Shown here piece by piece: positions 22,107-32,102 of a stretch of 64,000 bases of DNA (position 1 is its first letter; the number at the start of each line of letters is the position of its first letter). The DNA comes from a candidate division FCPU426 bacterium. GTDB lineage: Bacteria > Oederibacteriota > Muellerivitia > Muellerivitales > Muellerivitaceae. The position numbers and the translations under genes are program-made. The stretch lies in NCBI GenBank assembly GCA_963847625.1, contig CAWKAR010000060.1, forward strand, positions 1-64,000. Reading direction: 5' to 3'. The notes under the pieces were generated by a model. The model saw nothing but the letters and a program-made list of their open reading frames with translations, was not told the origin of the DNA and ran no database searches.

Positions 22107-23482
22107 AATCCTTCCGCACCACGCTCATTTTTTTCGGAATTTTGGCCCTGTTGGCCGGTTACATTTATTTCTTCGAACGCGGACCGGTCAAAAAGGCGGA
22201 GGAAAAGAAAGACAAGGTTTTCGAGAATTTCGTGGCCGACGACATCCAGGAAATCCGCGTGGAGAACCCGGGGAACTCCTTGACCCCCGCCAGCCCGGCC
22301 ATCGACATGAAGAAGGATGAAAAGGATGTCTGGCAGATCCTTTCCCCGCAAAAATACCAGGCCGATGAGAACACCATCCGGGTTTTTTTACAGTCCATTG
22401 GCGAACTCAATCCCGACGCGACCATATCGAACCCCGCCAACCTTGCCGATTACGGTTTGAACAGCCCCACTGCGCGTTGCGTTCTTATCAGCAAGAAGGG
22501 AGTTTCAAACACCCTGATCGTGGGGGATAAGGGCGCAACTGGCTCAGACTCCTACATAAAAACCTCGGACAAAGCCACGGTTTACCTCATCCCGGCCTAT
22601 ACCACGGACAATATCAAGAAAACGGTCAACGACTACAGAAACAAGGTTCTTTTCAAAACGGATCTTGTCGCCGCGCAGAAGGTGGAGGTTGAATACGAGG
22701 GCAAGACGCTGGTTCTCGAAAAAGACACGCAAAATGTCTGGAACATCACGACGCCAATAGTGGAAAGAGCCGACAGCACGAAAGTCCGTGACCTTTTAAA
22801 CCGGTTGAACGACATGAAAATTATCGAGTTTGTGGACGAACATCCTACTGACTTAAAGATTTATGGACTCTCCAAGCCTCGGGGGAAGGTCTCCCTTTGG
22901 CCGAGCGACAAAGGGCCCGTGCGGACGGTTTTAATCGGCCGCCAAAAGCTCAAATCCACGGACTATTTCGTCAAAATGGCGGACCAGCCCTCCGTTTATC
23001 AGGTGGGTGAATATTTTGTCACTAACATGAAATTCAAACTATCGGATTTTAGGGATAAGCTGGTCATGCAGTTCCCGGCGGATTCAGCCCAAACCCTGGC
23101 GATCAAGTCGCCCCGTACCACCGCCACCTACCAAAAAGACGGTAAGGGGCAGTGGTCCTGCCCGGGACGGGTGAAAGCCCAGGATGAAGCTTCCAACCTC
23201 ATTTCACAGTTGTCGGAAACCGTCATCGTGGATTTCGCTTCCAACACAGTCAACACGGGGGTTGAGAACCCCTCCTTCGAGGCGGATGTGACCCTGAAGG
23301 ACGGAACCACACGTAAATACCGATTCGGCCGGACGGAAAAAGGACAGGTTTATCTCGCCTCCGATAAAAGTAAAGACACCTACCTGACTTACATCAACGT
23401 GGTCTCCCAAATGGAATCCTACTTCAGCGCCATTCTGACCCCCATTCCGGTCATTTCCCCCTCCACTTTGCCGAAAAAATAG
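22103..23482 (+). CDS. DUF4340-domain protein
   Basis: N-terminal TM and repeated LADYGL..P / LKIYGL..P motifs. Usual fourth gene of Gld-like ABC operons. Confidence 0.82.
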   Translation: MKSFRTTLIFFGILALLAGYIYFFERGPVKKAEEKKDKVFENFVADDIQEIRVENPGNSLTPASPAIDMKKDEKDVWQILSPQKYQADENTIRVFLQSIGELNPDATISNPANLADYGLNSPTARCVLISKKGVSNTLIVGDKGATGSDSYIKTSDKATVYLIPAYTTDNIKKTVNDYRNKVLFKTDLVAAQKVEVEYEGKTLVLEKDTQNVWNITTPIVERADSTKVRDLLNRLNDMKIIEFVDEHPTDLKIYGLSKPRGKVSLWPSDKGPVRTVLIGRQKLKSTDYFVKMADQPSVYQVGEYFVTNMKFKLSDFRDKLVMQFPADSAQTLAIKSPRTTATYQKDGKGQWSCPGRVKAQDEASNLISQLSETVIVDFASNTVNTGVENPSFEADVTLKDGTTRKYRFGRTEKGQVYLASDKSKDTYLTYINVVSQMESYFSAILTPIPVISPSTLPKK

Positions 23483-23550
23483 AACCTCCTAGGTAACGCT
23501 GAATTGCCTGCCTGTTTTCCAGAACACCACGGATGACACTTTTGGCCGCG

Positions 23551-23579
23551 TTGACTTTCGATGGGTGGGAGCCCATAAT
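23551..23579 (+). promoter_or_regulatory. Sigma-70-type promoter of tal
   Basis: TTGACT-N17-CATAAT. Confidence 0.5.
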
Positions 23580-23627
23580 TCCATTCGATAAGATTGAGTT
23601 TAAAATAGGGAAGTACCGGAGGTATCC

Positions 23628-24287
23628 ATGAAGTTTTTCCTAGACACCGCCAGCCTGGATGAGATTAAGCAGGGTGTGGCCTGGGGTATCGTCGATGGAG
23701 TGACCACCAATCCCTCTCTAGTCGCCAAAGAGGGCGTGGATTTCTTCACCCGAATTAAGGAGATCTGTTCCATCGTCAACGGCTCGGTCTCAGCCGAAGT
23801 CACCGCCACGGATTACGACGGTATGGTCCGAGAAGGTCATGTCCTGGCCAAGATCCATAAAAACGTAACCATAAAAATCCCCTTGATACCGGCTGGTATC
23901 CAGGCCTGCAAGACCCTCAGTTCCGAGGGCCACGCGGTTAACGTGACCCTTTGTTTCTCGGCCTCCCAGGCTCTTTTGGCCGCCAAAGCCGGAGCCACCT
24001 ATGTCAGCCCCTTTGTGGGCCGGTTGGATGACGTTTCCCAGGATGGCATGCAGTTGATCCGGGACATTGTTAAAATCTACGGGAATTACGGTTATAAAAC
24101 CCAAGTCCTGGCGGCCTCCCTGCGCCATCCCATTCACGTGGTGGAATCGGCCCTTGCGGGAGCCCACGTCGGAACAATGCCTTTTTCCGTCATGAAAATG
24201 CTGTTTAACCATCCCTTGACTGATATCGGTCTCAAGCGGTTTCTTGAAGATTGGGAGAAAGTCAAGGACAAGGTGATGAAAAAATAA
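23628..24287 (+). CDS. tal: Transaldolase / fructose-6-phosphate aldolase (TalC/MipB family)
   Basis: [29 protein letters not shown] and HPLTDIGL. Confidence 0.93.
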   Translation: MKFFLDTASLDEIKQGVAWGIVDGVTTNPSLVAKEGVDFFTRIKEICSIVNGSVSAEVTATDYDGMVREGHVLAKIHKNVTIKIPLIPAGIQACKTLSSEGHAVNVTLCFSASQALLAAKAGATYVSPFVGRLDDVSQDGMQLIRDIVKIYGNYGYKTQVLAASLRHPIHVVESALAGAHVGTMPFSVMKMLFNHPLTDIGLKRFLEDWEKVKDKVMKK

Positions 24288-24359
24288 ACAGTTAAAACTT
24301 CCGTCCTTCGCGCCGGATTTTATAAGTGATACCTCATTCGAATTCGGAGTATTGGACCA

Positions 24360-24587
24360 ATGACCGATTTTTCTTCCATGGGAAAATGGTTGATGCTGGC
24401 CGGGGCTATCCTGTTGGGCTTCGGAGCCTTGGTTGCGCTTTCAGGAAAGATCCCCTTTTTAGGCCGCCTCCCGGGCGATATCCGGGTGGAAAAAGAAAAT
24501 TTTTCTTTTTATTTTCCCTTCATGACCTGTCTTTTGCTTTCCGCACTTGTTTCACTCATCCTTTGGTTGGTTTCCAGGTTTAAATGA
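24360..24587 (+). CDS. DUF2905 small membrane protein
   Basis: LGRLPGDI..ENFSFYFP motif. Confidence 0.9.
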   Translation: MTDFSSMGKWLMLAGAILLGFGALVALSGKIPFLGRLPGDIRVEKENFSFYFPFMTCLLLSALVSLILWLVSRFK

Positions 24588-25801
24588 CCCGAACATCGTA
24601 TTTAAATCCTTTTTTACCGGTGAATTTGTTTCTCACGGCCTTGGTCGTGGCCCTGATGGCCGGTTGCGCCACCGCGCCGATACCCGTTTATAGCCCCCCT
24701 CCGGAGCCTGCTATCCAGAAATCGGTGCAGGAGAGCCGACCGCCGGGCCAACGTATCCGCGTTGCCATCGCGGTTCGAAGACCCTCAGTCACAGTGGCAG
24801 CGCCTGAAACCTACACTTGGTCCGGCTTGCCGAGCGGGAGCAATCCGGTGGTTGTCTCCGGCCCAAAGCGCTTCCGGGAGGTTTTCCTGACCTCCAACCG
24901 GCTCTTGCGCGGAACCGTCGCCGTCGAGCCCGCAGGGGTTTCGGGTGAAATTCTGGTAGGCGGCCGAAGTTACCGTGGAACAATGGAGGTAACGAAGGAT
25001 TCCGGCGGGACCCTGACGGTGATCAACGACGTGCCGCTGGAAGACTACGTGATGGGCGTCCTGGCGGGTGAAGTCTCACCCCAATGGCCATTGGAGGCCT
25101 TAAAGGCCCAGGCCATAGCGGCTAGGACTTTTGCCTTGTTGAAGAGAGTGTCAAAGCCGAAGGGGGAGCCCTATGACTTGGATAACTCCCAGTCTTACCA
25201 GATGTACCAGGGATCGGGAATGGTGAACGCAAATATTCAACGGGCCGTATTACAGACCCGCGGGCAAGTGCTGATTTACAAGAACACCCCCGTGGAAGCT
25301 TTTTTCCATTCCAATTGCGGTGGACGCACTTCAAGGGCCCGGGACGTCTGGGGCCGGGACTTGCCTTACCTCCAGTCGGTCTCCTGCCCCTTTTGCCGCA
25401 AGGGTTCCCATTTCCGCTGGGCCACCAAGGTCCCGATCCGGGATTTGGTGCGAAATCTACGCAAATCCGGTATGGCTGTCGGGGACGTGGTCCGATTGAA
25501 TGGAGTGGACCGGGATGAAAGCGACCGCTTTCGCCGTGTCGAGATCATGGACGACGACGGGCGCTATAAGAGCCTCAAAGGGATTGATTTCCGGAAGGCC
25601 GTAGGGTCTGACCTCATCCGAAGCACCAATTTCAATGCGATCGTGGAAGGGGATGCAGTGGTCTTTAACGGGAAAGGATGCGGCCATGGGGTCGGCCTTT
25701 GCCAGGAAGGCGCCTACGGGATGGCTATCCGGGGCTACACTGCTTTCGAAATCCTTCGGCATTATTACCGGGGCATCATGATCGAAAAATTGAAGGATTG
25801 A
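24584..25801 (+). CDS. SpoIID/LytB-family lytic transglycosylase, lipoprotein
   Basis: Lipobox MAGC, LEDYVMGV..E, EALKAQAIAART, FHSNCGG and GHGVGLCQ. Confidence 0.92.
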   Translation: MTRTSYLNPFLPVNLFLTALVVALMAGCATAPIPVYSPPPEPAIQKSVQESRPPGQRIRVAIAVRRPSVTVAAPETYTWSGLPSGSNPVVVSGPKRFREVFLTSNRLLRGTVAVEPAGVSGEILVGGRSYRGTMEVTKDSGGTLTVINDVPLEDYVMGVLAGEVSPQWPLEALKAQAIAARTFALLKRVSKPKGEPYDLDNSQSYQMYQGSGMVNANIQRAVLQTRGQVLIYKNTPVEAFFHSNCGGRTSRARDVWGRDLPYLQSVSCPFCRKGSHFRWATKVPIRDLVRNLRKSGMAVGDVVRLNGVDRDESDRFRRVEIMDDDGRYKSLKGIDFRKAVGSDLIRSTNFNAIVEGDAVVFNGKGCGHGVGLCQEGAYGMAIRGYTAFEILRHYYRGIMIEKLKD

Positions 25802-25852
25802 ACCGGCAAATGGCCGGTAAGTGATTTTTGCACGGTTGGAAACAGGGCCACC

Positions 25853-26890
25853 ATGAAAACAAACCTTTTTGATTACTATTTACCTTCGGCACGAATAGCC
25901 CAAAGACCTCTTTCCCAAAGGGACGCCTCACGCATGCTGGTCCTGGACCGGAAAACCGGCCGCATCGAGCACAGCCGGGTCAGCAACCTGCCCCGATGGC
26001 TCCTGTCGGGAGACCTGATGGTTGTGAACCAAACCAAGGTTATTCCCGCCCGCTTATTCGCCCGAAAGGCCGATACCGGTGCCAAACTTGAAATATTCCT
26101 TCTTCGCCCGTCCATGGAAGCCTCAGGCTGTGAGTGGGAGGTCCTTATCAACCCCGCCAAACGCATCAAGGGATTTCCAAACCTTCAACTCATCCCAAAA
26201 GGGGAAGCCGCAGTCTTGGAAACATTAGGGGAAGGGCATTACCTGGTCCGATTCTTGAAAACCGGACCCTGGAAATCCTTTTTGAAACATTTCGGCCATA
26301 TACCCCTCCCTCCTTATATCAAGAGGAAAGACGACTCCACCGACCGGGACCGATACCAGACAATTTTCGCAAAAAAAGAAGGATCGGTGGCCGCCCCCAC
26401 GGCAGGACTGCATTTCACGAAACACCTTCTGGAGAACTGTAAAAAAAGAGGGGTCCGCCAGGCCCAGGTTTTACTGCACGTGGGCCTTGGCACATTCTTG
26501 CCCGTTTCCTCCGAAGAGATTGAGGGGCACGTCATGCATCCTGAGAGATTCGAAATTCCAGTCCAAACCGCCTCAAAAATCCAGGAAACAAGGCGCCGGG
26601 GAAACCGCGTCGTCGCGGTGGGAACCACGGTCGTTCGGGCCTTGGAGGCTTCAGCAGGGGAAGATGGTGTCCCGGTTGCGACGGCCGATGAAACCCGATT
26701 GTTCATTACACCTGGATACTCCTTTAAAACCGTGGATATTCTTTTCACGAATTTCCACCAACCCAAATCGACCCTTCTGATGCTGGTTTGCGCCTTCGCT
26801 GGAAGAGAAAGGGTCTTAGCCGCCTATGAGGAAGCCCTTCAGGAAGGATACCGGTTTTTATCCTATGGAGACTCAATGTTGGTGTTGTAA
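25853..26890 (+). CDS. queA: S-adenosylmethionine:tRNA ribosyltransferase-isomerase
   Basis: PLPPYI, YQTIFA, AAPTAGLHF, TNFHQP and YRFLSYGD. Confidence 0.97.
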   Translation: MKTNLFDYYLPSARIAQRPLSQRDASRMLVLDRKTGRIEHSRVSNLPRWLLSGDLMVVNQTKVIPARLFARKADTGAKLEIFLLRPSMEASGCEWEVLINPAKRIKGFPNLQLIPKGEAAVLETLGEGHYLVRFLKTGPWKSFLKHFGHIPLPPYIKRKDDSTDRDRYQTIFAKKEGSVAAPTAGLHFTKHLLENCKKRGVRQAQVLLHVGLGTFLPVSSEEIEGHVMHPERFEIPVQTASKIQETRRRGNRVVAVGTTVVRALEASAGEDGVPVATADETRLFITPGYSFKTVDILFTNFHQPKSTLLMLVCAFAGRERVLAAYEEALQEGYRFLSYGDSMLVL

Positions 26891-27160
26891 TGATGTTGGA
26901 AAATATTTAGTTTTGATCAGTTATTCATTCGAATATTTTTTTAAATGGCCGTTTAAAAATATGTCACCTAACTTGTGAAAAACTTATATAAAACAAAGCC
27001 GAATTGCTCAAATAAATCTTTACAATTAACAGGCCTACTTTTAAACTTTTAGGGCTTTTCTCCTGGAATTTGGAGAAGACGGTTTTGCGTGAAGGATAGG
27101 CCATTTTCAACTGGAATATGGTTTTCTGACCCCTGGATGATTTGCGGTGCGAAAGAAAAT

Positions 27161-27238
27161 GGTGGGAGTAGCTCAATTGGTTAGAGCACCAGATTGTGGA
27201 TCTGGGGGTTGCGGGTTCGATTCCCGTCTCTCACCCCA
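27161..27238 (+). tRNA. tRNA-His(GTG) including G-1
   Basis: CCAGA-TT-GTG-GA-TCTGG; G-1:C73; CCA. Confidence 0.95.
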
Positions 27239-27344
27239 TTTCACGTTTCGGGTCGTGTTTCCGAATGAAAAGCGGGTTTATCACTGGCCTTGGGAATAGC
27301 GGGTAAAGGTAAACCGGAAAATCGGTGAATCAGGACCGGAGGAT

Positions 27345-27421
27345 GCGCCTGTAGCTCAGTTGGATAGAGCGACAGATTCCGGATCTGTAGGTCAGAGGTT
27401 CGAGCCCTCTCAGGCGTACCA
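27345..27421 (+). tRNA. tRNA-Arg(CCG)
   Basis: ACAGA-TT-CCG-GA-TCTGT; CCA. Confidence 0.95.
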
Positions 27422-27650
27422 TTTTAAGAATGATCCGGTAAATCGGATTTTGGCAGGAAATGGGAGATATCACAGTTCCCATACCCTAGTTTTTCCAAAT
27501 AAAACCAATTTGGATTTCATGACTTGAAACTTAAGGGCTATGAGGGAGTGTTGGTGATGGGAATTACCTGGTTAGACCAGGTATGTAGTGAAGGTTTTAG
27601 CATTTAAAGGGATTAAGAGCCTTTTCGGTATTTTTAGAGCCGCGTTTTGT

Positions 27651-27726
<76 letters not shown>

Positions 27727-27779
27727 TTTATAACGCCCGAAGAAGATTGGCATTACACACGGTATGCCATATTTAATTT

Positions 27780-27899
27780 GGGCGAGAACCTGTGGGAAGA
27801 GGTGCAGAGAAATGGGAGTTTCTCCGGTTGATGGGGGTAACGCAGGGGGAAGTTCCCCTGCGAGCGCGTAAGCGCGTTCGATCCCCGCATCGCCCGCCA
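27780..27899 (+). mobile_element. tRNA-associated multi-hairpin element ending in a decayed copy of the tRNA-Lys 3' end
   Basis: 27876-27899 matches 27703-27726 at 21/24. Three internal hairpins. Homologous to 32103-32221. Confidence 0.65.
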
Positions 27900-27987
27900 A
27901 TTTGTTTCGTTCTAAAATTAATCGAAACGGCCGGTAATGTTTTACCTTTTAAAGAATTCTAAGAACTTTTGAAGGAGATGGTTAAGA

Positions 27988-29184
27988 ATGGCGCAAAACT
28001 CCAAAAACACTTCGACGAAAAAGCCTTGCGTTTCAATCATCATTCCGGTTCGAAACGCCGGAAGGACCATGGATGAAACCTTCGTATATCTTTTCGGGGG
28101 AACTTCCATGAAAGGCAGCAAGATAACCGGCATCGATTATCCCTTGGATAAGATGGAAGTGATCGTAGCGGACGGTGACAGCACCGACAATACGGTGGAA
28201 ATCATTAAAAATTGGCAAAAAAAATACTCGTGCATCCAATTCACACAGATCCCTCAATGTAAATCTCCTGGCCACGCCCGGAACGCAGCAATGAAGTTGG
28301 TGAAGGGCGAATACATCCTCTTCACTGACGGTGATTGCGCTCCCAACCCAGATTGGCTGGACCGGCTTCTGGAACCATTCATGAATGATCCTCAAATCGG
28401 AATGGTGGGTGGGGAGGTGTACACGCTTCAATTCGATCCTAATAATAAAGTCGAACACTATTGCGAACAGGTGGGCTTTCTTTCCGTCGGGGACCGGGTT
28501 GGAATGAAAAATGGGGGGTATTACCCGCCCGTTAAATACAATTACCCCCGGGAAGTCAACGGCAGCCAAACGTGCCCCTTTTTCGCGACCGCCAATGTCG
28601 CCGTCAGTAAAAAAGCGGCCTTGGCCGTCGACAATCATTTTTGGGACGAAATCACGGCCGAAGACGTGGATTTCTCCCTTCGTATTTCCAAAGCGGGATT
28701 CAAGCTTTTCTTCCAGCCCTCCGCGGTCGTGAAACACATGCACCGTGCCAGCCTGAATCAATTTTGCCGGCAGGTCTGGGGTTACGGTTTTGGTCATCCC
28801 CTGGCCATCAAGACCCACGCCAAAAGGGTTTTTGAATTCCGCCTCCAGTTATGGGGTGAACATTCACTGATTATTCCATTCCCGTTCCAGACCATGTTTT
28901 ATTGGGGGGATTTTCATTTCATGCATCTGTTCTTTGTTTGGGCGCTGGTCAAAACATTAATGGGGATCCACACCGGGATGGTATGGGAGAAAGATGTACT
29001 GCTTTTATGGGGTTTATTTATTTTTTTCTTTTTGAAATATTTTCTTCCAGTCCTTAAAATCCAGCCCGCCTCGGATTTCCTACTTTGGGCCTGGATCCGT
29101 TACCGTTCCAACCTGGCCATGTTCATGGGGGGCTTAAAGGGCACCCTGAAGTTCAAAAGACTTTACATCGAGTTGAGCTGGTAA
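27988..29184 (+). CDS. Glycosyltransferase family 2 with C-terminal membrane helices
   Basis: VSIIIPVRN, DGDSTD, FTDGDC and EDVDFSLR. Confidence 0.92.
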   Translation: MAQNSKNTSTKKPCVSIIIPVRNAGRTMDETFVYLFGGTSMKGSKITGIDYPLDKMEVIVADGDSTDNTVEIIKNWQKKYSCIQFTQIPQCKSPGHARNAAMKLVKGEYILFTDGDCAPNPDWLDRLLEPFMNDPQIGMVGGEVYTLQFDPNNKVEHYCEQVGFLSVGDRVGMKNGGYYPPVKYNYPREVNGSQTCPFFATANVAVSKKAALAVDNHFWDEITAEDVDFSLRISKAGFKLFFQPSAVVKHMHRASLNQFCRQVWGYGFGHPLAIKTHAKRVFEFRLQLWGEHSLIIPFPFQTMFYWGDFHFMHLFFVWALVKTLMGIHTGMVWEKDVLLLWGLFIFFFLKYFLPVLKIQPASDFLLWAWIRYRSNLAMFMGGLKGTLKFKRLYIELSW

Positions 29185-29212
29185 GCCGTTATTCCACATG
29201 AAAAGAGGATCC

Positions 29213-31552
29213 ATGCGTTACGGTTTTTTTGACGTGGAAAACAAGGAATATGTCATCGAGCGGCCTGATACTCCCGTGCCCTGGATGAACTACCTGCATA
29301 ATGACGAATACTGCGCCTTGATCTCCAACAACGCCGGGGGATACAGTTTCCATCATTCGGCCCGCGATAAAAGAATCCTGCGTTACCGGCTCAACAATAT
29401 CCCGATGGACCGCCCGGGCCGTTATATTTACATCCGCGACGGGAAAACCGGGGATTACTGGTCCAACACATGGCAGCCTGTTTTGAAGGACTTGTCCGAA
29501 TATAAAACGGAAACCCGTCACGGTTTCGGCTATACCCGGGTCGCCACTTCCTACAAGGGAATCTCCTCTGAGACCCTTTACGTGGTTCCCGTTTCCGACA
29601 ACCTGGAGCTTTGGAAAATCACCCTCACGAACCGAAGCTCGAGTACCCGGAATTTGGCCCTATTTTCCTACGCCGAATTGTGCCTTTTTTACGCTCAAAA
29701 CGACATGATGAATTTCCAATACACCTTCAATATCGCTAAGGCCTACGCGAAGGATGGAATAATCCACCACACGACCATGATCGAAAACGCGGGCCATTAC
29801 GCCTTTTTCACGGCGGATAAAAAGTTCACATCCTTTGATTGTGACCGGGAAAAATTCCTAGGTCTCTATCATTCCGAGGCTAATCCAGAAGCCGTTATGG
29901 AAGGCAAATGTTCCGGGTCGATCGCCGACGGGGGAAATCCCATTGCCGCTACGGCTATTCCTGTGACCTTGAAACCGGGTGAAACCAAGTCAGTAACTTA
30001 TATTTTGGGGGTGGCTCCTTCCATCCCGGCTGGGGCCAAGCTGGCCGCCAAGTATCGCAAGGCCGGTGTGGTGGATAAGGTCATGAAAGACCTGGAGCAA
30101 CATTGGAAGGAAAAGCTCGGGTCTTTGCAGGTTAAGACGCCCGATAAGGACGTCAACCTCTGTCTCAACCAGTGGAACGCCTATCAGGTCCATACAACGT
30201 TCAGCATGTCCCGTGGCCCCTCCATCTACGAGGGTGGAATCGGTCGGGGAATGGGTTTCCGCGACAGCAACCAAGATGTTCTGAGCGTCATCCACAGCGT
30301 ACCCCAAAAGGCCAAGAAACTCATAACCGATCTAGCCAAGAACATGTTCAAGGACGGAACCGCCTACCACCAGTTCTTCCGCTTGACCGGGGAAGGGGAT
30401 GGAAAGGGCTATTCGGACGATCCCCTTTGGATCATTCTCTCCACGACGGCTTATGTGAAAGAAACCGGGGATATCCAATTCCTGCGTGAAAAAGTGAAAT
30501 GGGCGGATGGCGGGTCGGCCACGATGTATGAGCACCTTCGCGCCCCATTGGATTACACCTACAAGAACGTGGGCACCCATAAAATCCCCTGCATGGGTTT
30601 CGCCGATTGGAATGACACCCTTCATATCAACGGGCCTAAGCCCGGTGAAAGCGTCTGGGTCGCGGAGTTCCTCGTGAAATGCGCAAGGGATTTCGTGGAA
30701 TTGGCGGAATTCCTCGGGAAAACAGCGGACGCCAAGAAATACCGGTTGATGGCCGAGGACATGGCTCAGCGCACCAACAAAGTTTGTTGGGACGGTGGTT
30801 GGTACGCCATGGCTTTCGATGGATGGGGGACCATGTTGGGATCCAAGAAGCAGCCCGACGGAAAGATTTACCTGAACACCCAAACCTGGGCGGTCATCTC
30901 GGGCGTGGCGGACTCCAAGAGGGGACCTGCCTGCATGGACGCCGTCACAAAGCTCCTGGATTCGAAATACGGCATCGCCTTGATGTACCCCGGTTACAAA
31001 CATTTCAGTCCGCGCCTGGGTGGAGTCAGCACTTTTCCGCCAGGCCTCAAGGAAAACGGCGGTATTTTCTCCCACTGTAATCCCTGGGCTGTGATCGCCG
31101 AGACACTTTTAGGGCGGGCGGATAAGGCCATGAAATACTACAAACAACTATTGCCGACGGCGAAGGACAAGATCCAGGACGTCCATAAGGCCGAACCTTA
31201 CATATACGCGCAGTCCATAGCGTCCCAGGAACACCGGGATTTCGGCTTTGCGCGCAATTCCTGGTTGACGGGGGCGGCCAGTTGGAACTTCGTCGCCGCG
31301 ACGCAGTACCTGTTGGGAATGCGCCCGCATTATAAGGGTTTAATGATCGACCCTTGCGTCCCGAAGGGATGGGATAAGTTCGAGGTCAACCGGCGGTTCC
31401 GCGGAGCGAATTACCATATAGTCGTGAAAAATCCGAAGAATGTGAGCAAGGGAGTCACTTCGATTAAAGTGAACGGCAAAAAAATTCCGGGTAATATCGT
31501 GCCTCCCCAATCTTCAACAAAAGTGGTTGAAGTTGAGGCGATACTCGGGTAG
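29213..31552 (+). CDS. GH94 glycoside phosphorylase (cellobiose phosphorylase-like)
   Basis: MRYGFFD..EYVI, GIGRGMGFRDSNQD, ADWND, KENGGIF and NSWLTG. Start after GAGGA. Confidence 0.92.
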   Translation: MRYGFFDVENKEYVIERPDTPVPWMNYLHNDEYCALISNNAGGYSFHHSARDKRILRYRLNNIPMDRPGRYIYIRDGKTGDYWSNTWQPVLKDLSEYKTETRHGFGYTRVATSYKGISSETLYVVPVSDNLELWKITLTNRSSSTRNLALFSYAELCLFYAQNDMMNFQYTFNIAKAYAKDGIIHHTTMIENAGHYAFFTADKKFTSFDCDREKFLGLYHSEANPEAVMEGKCSGSIADGGNPIAATAIPVTLKPGETKSVTYILGVAPSIPAGAKLAAKYRKAGVVDKVMKDLEQHWKEKLGSLQVKTPDKDVNLCLNQWNAYQVHTTFSMSRGPSIYEGGIGRGMGFRDSNQDVLSVIHSVPQKAKKLITDLAKNMFKDGTAYHQFFRLTGEGDGKGYSDDPLWIILSTTAYVKETGDIQFLREKVKWADGGSATMYEHLRAPLDYTYKNVGTHKIPCMGFADWNDTLHINGPKPGESVWVAEFLVKCARDFVELAEFLGKTADAKKYRLMAEDMAQRTNKVCWDGGWYAMAFDGWGTMLGSKKQPDGKIYLNTQTWAVISGVADSKRGPACMDAVTKLLDSKYGIALMYPGYKHFSPRLGGVSTFPPGLKENGGIFSHCNPWAVIAETLLGRADKAMKYYKQLLPTAKDKIQDVHKAEPYIYAQSIASQEHRDFGFARNSWLTGAASWNFVAATQYLLGMRPHYKGLMIDPCVPKGWDKFEVNRRFRGANYHIVVKNPKNVSKGVTSIKVNGKKIPGNIVPPQSSTKVVEVEAILG

Positions 31553-31581
31553 GAACCGCCTGACGGGACTGGGCGGTTTTG

Positions 31582-31610
31582 TTGACAGCCCCTGGAACCC
31601 ATGATATAAA
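31582..31610 (+). promoter_or_regulatory. Sigma-70-type promoter
   Basis: TTGACA-N17-TATAAA with extended -10 TG. Confidence 0.55.
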
Positions 31611-31653
31611 AAGCCTGGTAAGTTTGAGGGTTGGGGAAAAGAAGGAGCCACGC

Positions 31654-31935
31654 TTGGTTGGGATAATGACCCTTAAAGTAGCCGCCAAAAGCAATCCCTC
31701 AACCGTAGCGGGAGCGATCGCCAATAACGTTCGCGACGGCAAGAGCGTTGAAATCGTTGCGATGGGACCGGAAAGTATCAATAACACGGTTAAAGCCATC
31801 GCGATCGCCCGCGGTTTCTTAAAGGGCGACGGCATGGACGCAAATTTCAAGCCGGAATTCATCCACCTGACCATTGATGGTGAAAAGAAAAGCGCCATAA
31901 AGTTTCTTTTGTACATAGAGAAAAATTCCAAATAA
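31654..31935 (+). CDS. spoVS: SpoVS-family protein
   Basis: LKVAAKSNPSTVAGAIA...VKAIAIARGFL...KPEF. Start is TTG 31654 after AAGGAG, or ATG 31666. Confidence 0.9.
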   Translation: MVGIMTLKVAAKSNPSTVAGAIANNVRDGKSVEIVAMGPESINNTVKAIAIARGFLKGDGMDANFKPEFIHLTIDGEKKSAIKFLLYIEKNSK

Positions 31936-31953
31936 GTTTCTTGCCCTTTTACG

Positions 31954-31989
31954 AACCTCAGCCGACCTTTGGCTGGGGTTTCTTTTTTT
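31954..31989 (+). terminator. Intrinsic terminator
   Basis: AACCTCAGCC/GGCTGGGGTT stem followed by a T-tract. Confidence 0.65.
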
Positions 31990-32011
31990 ATCCCTATTGC
32001 GGGGAAAAGGC

Positions 32012-32088
32012 GGGCGAATAGCTCAGCTGGTTAGAGCACCTGCTTTACACGCAGGGGGTCACAGGTTCGAGTCCTGTTTCGCCCACCA
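32012..32088 (+). tRNA. tRNA-Val(TAC)
   Basis: CCTGC-TT-TAC-AC-GCAGG; CCA. Confidence 0.95.
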
Positions 32089-32102
32089 AAATTAAATACC
32101 AA

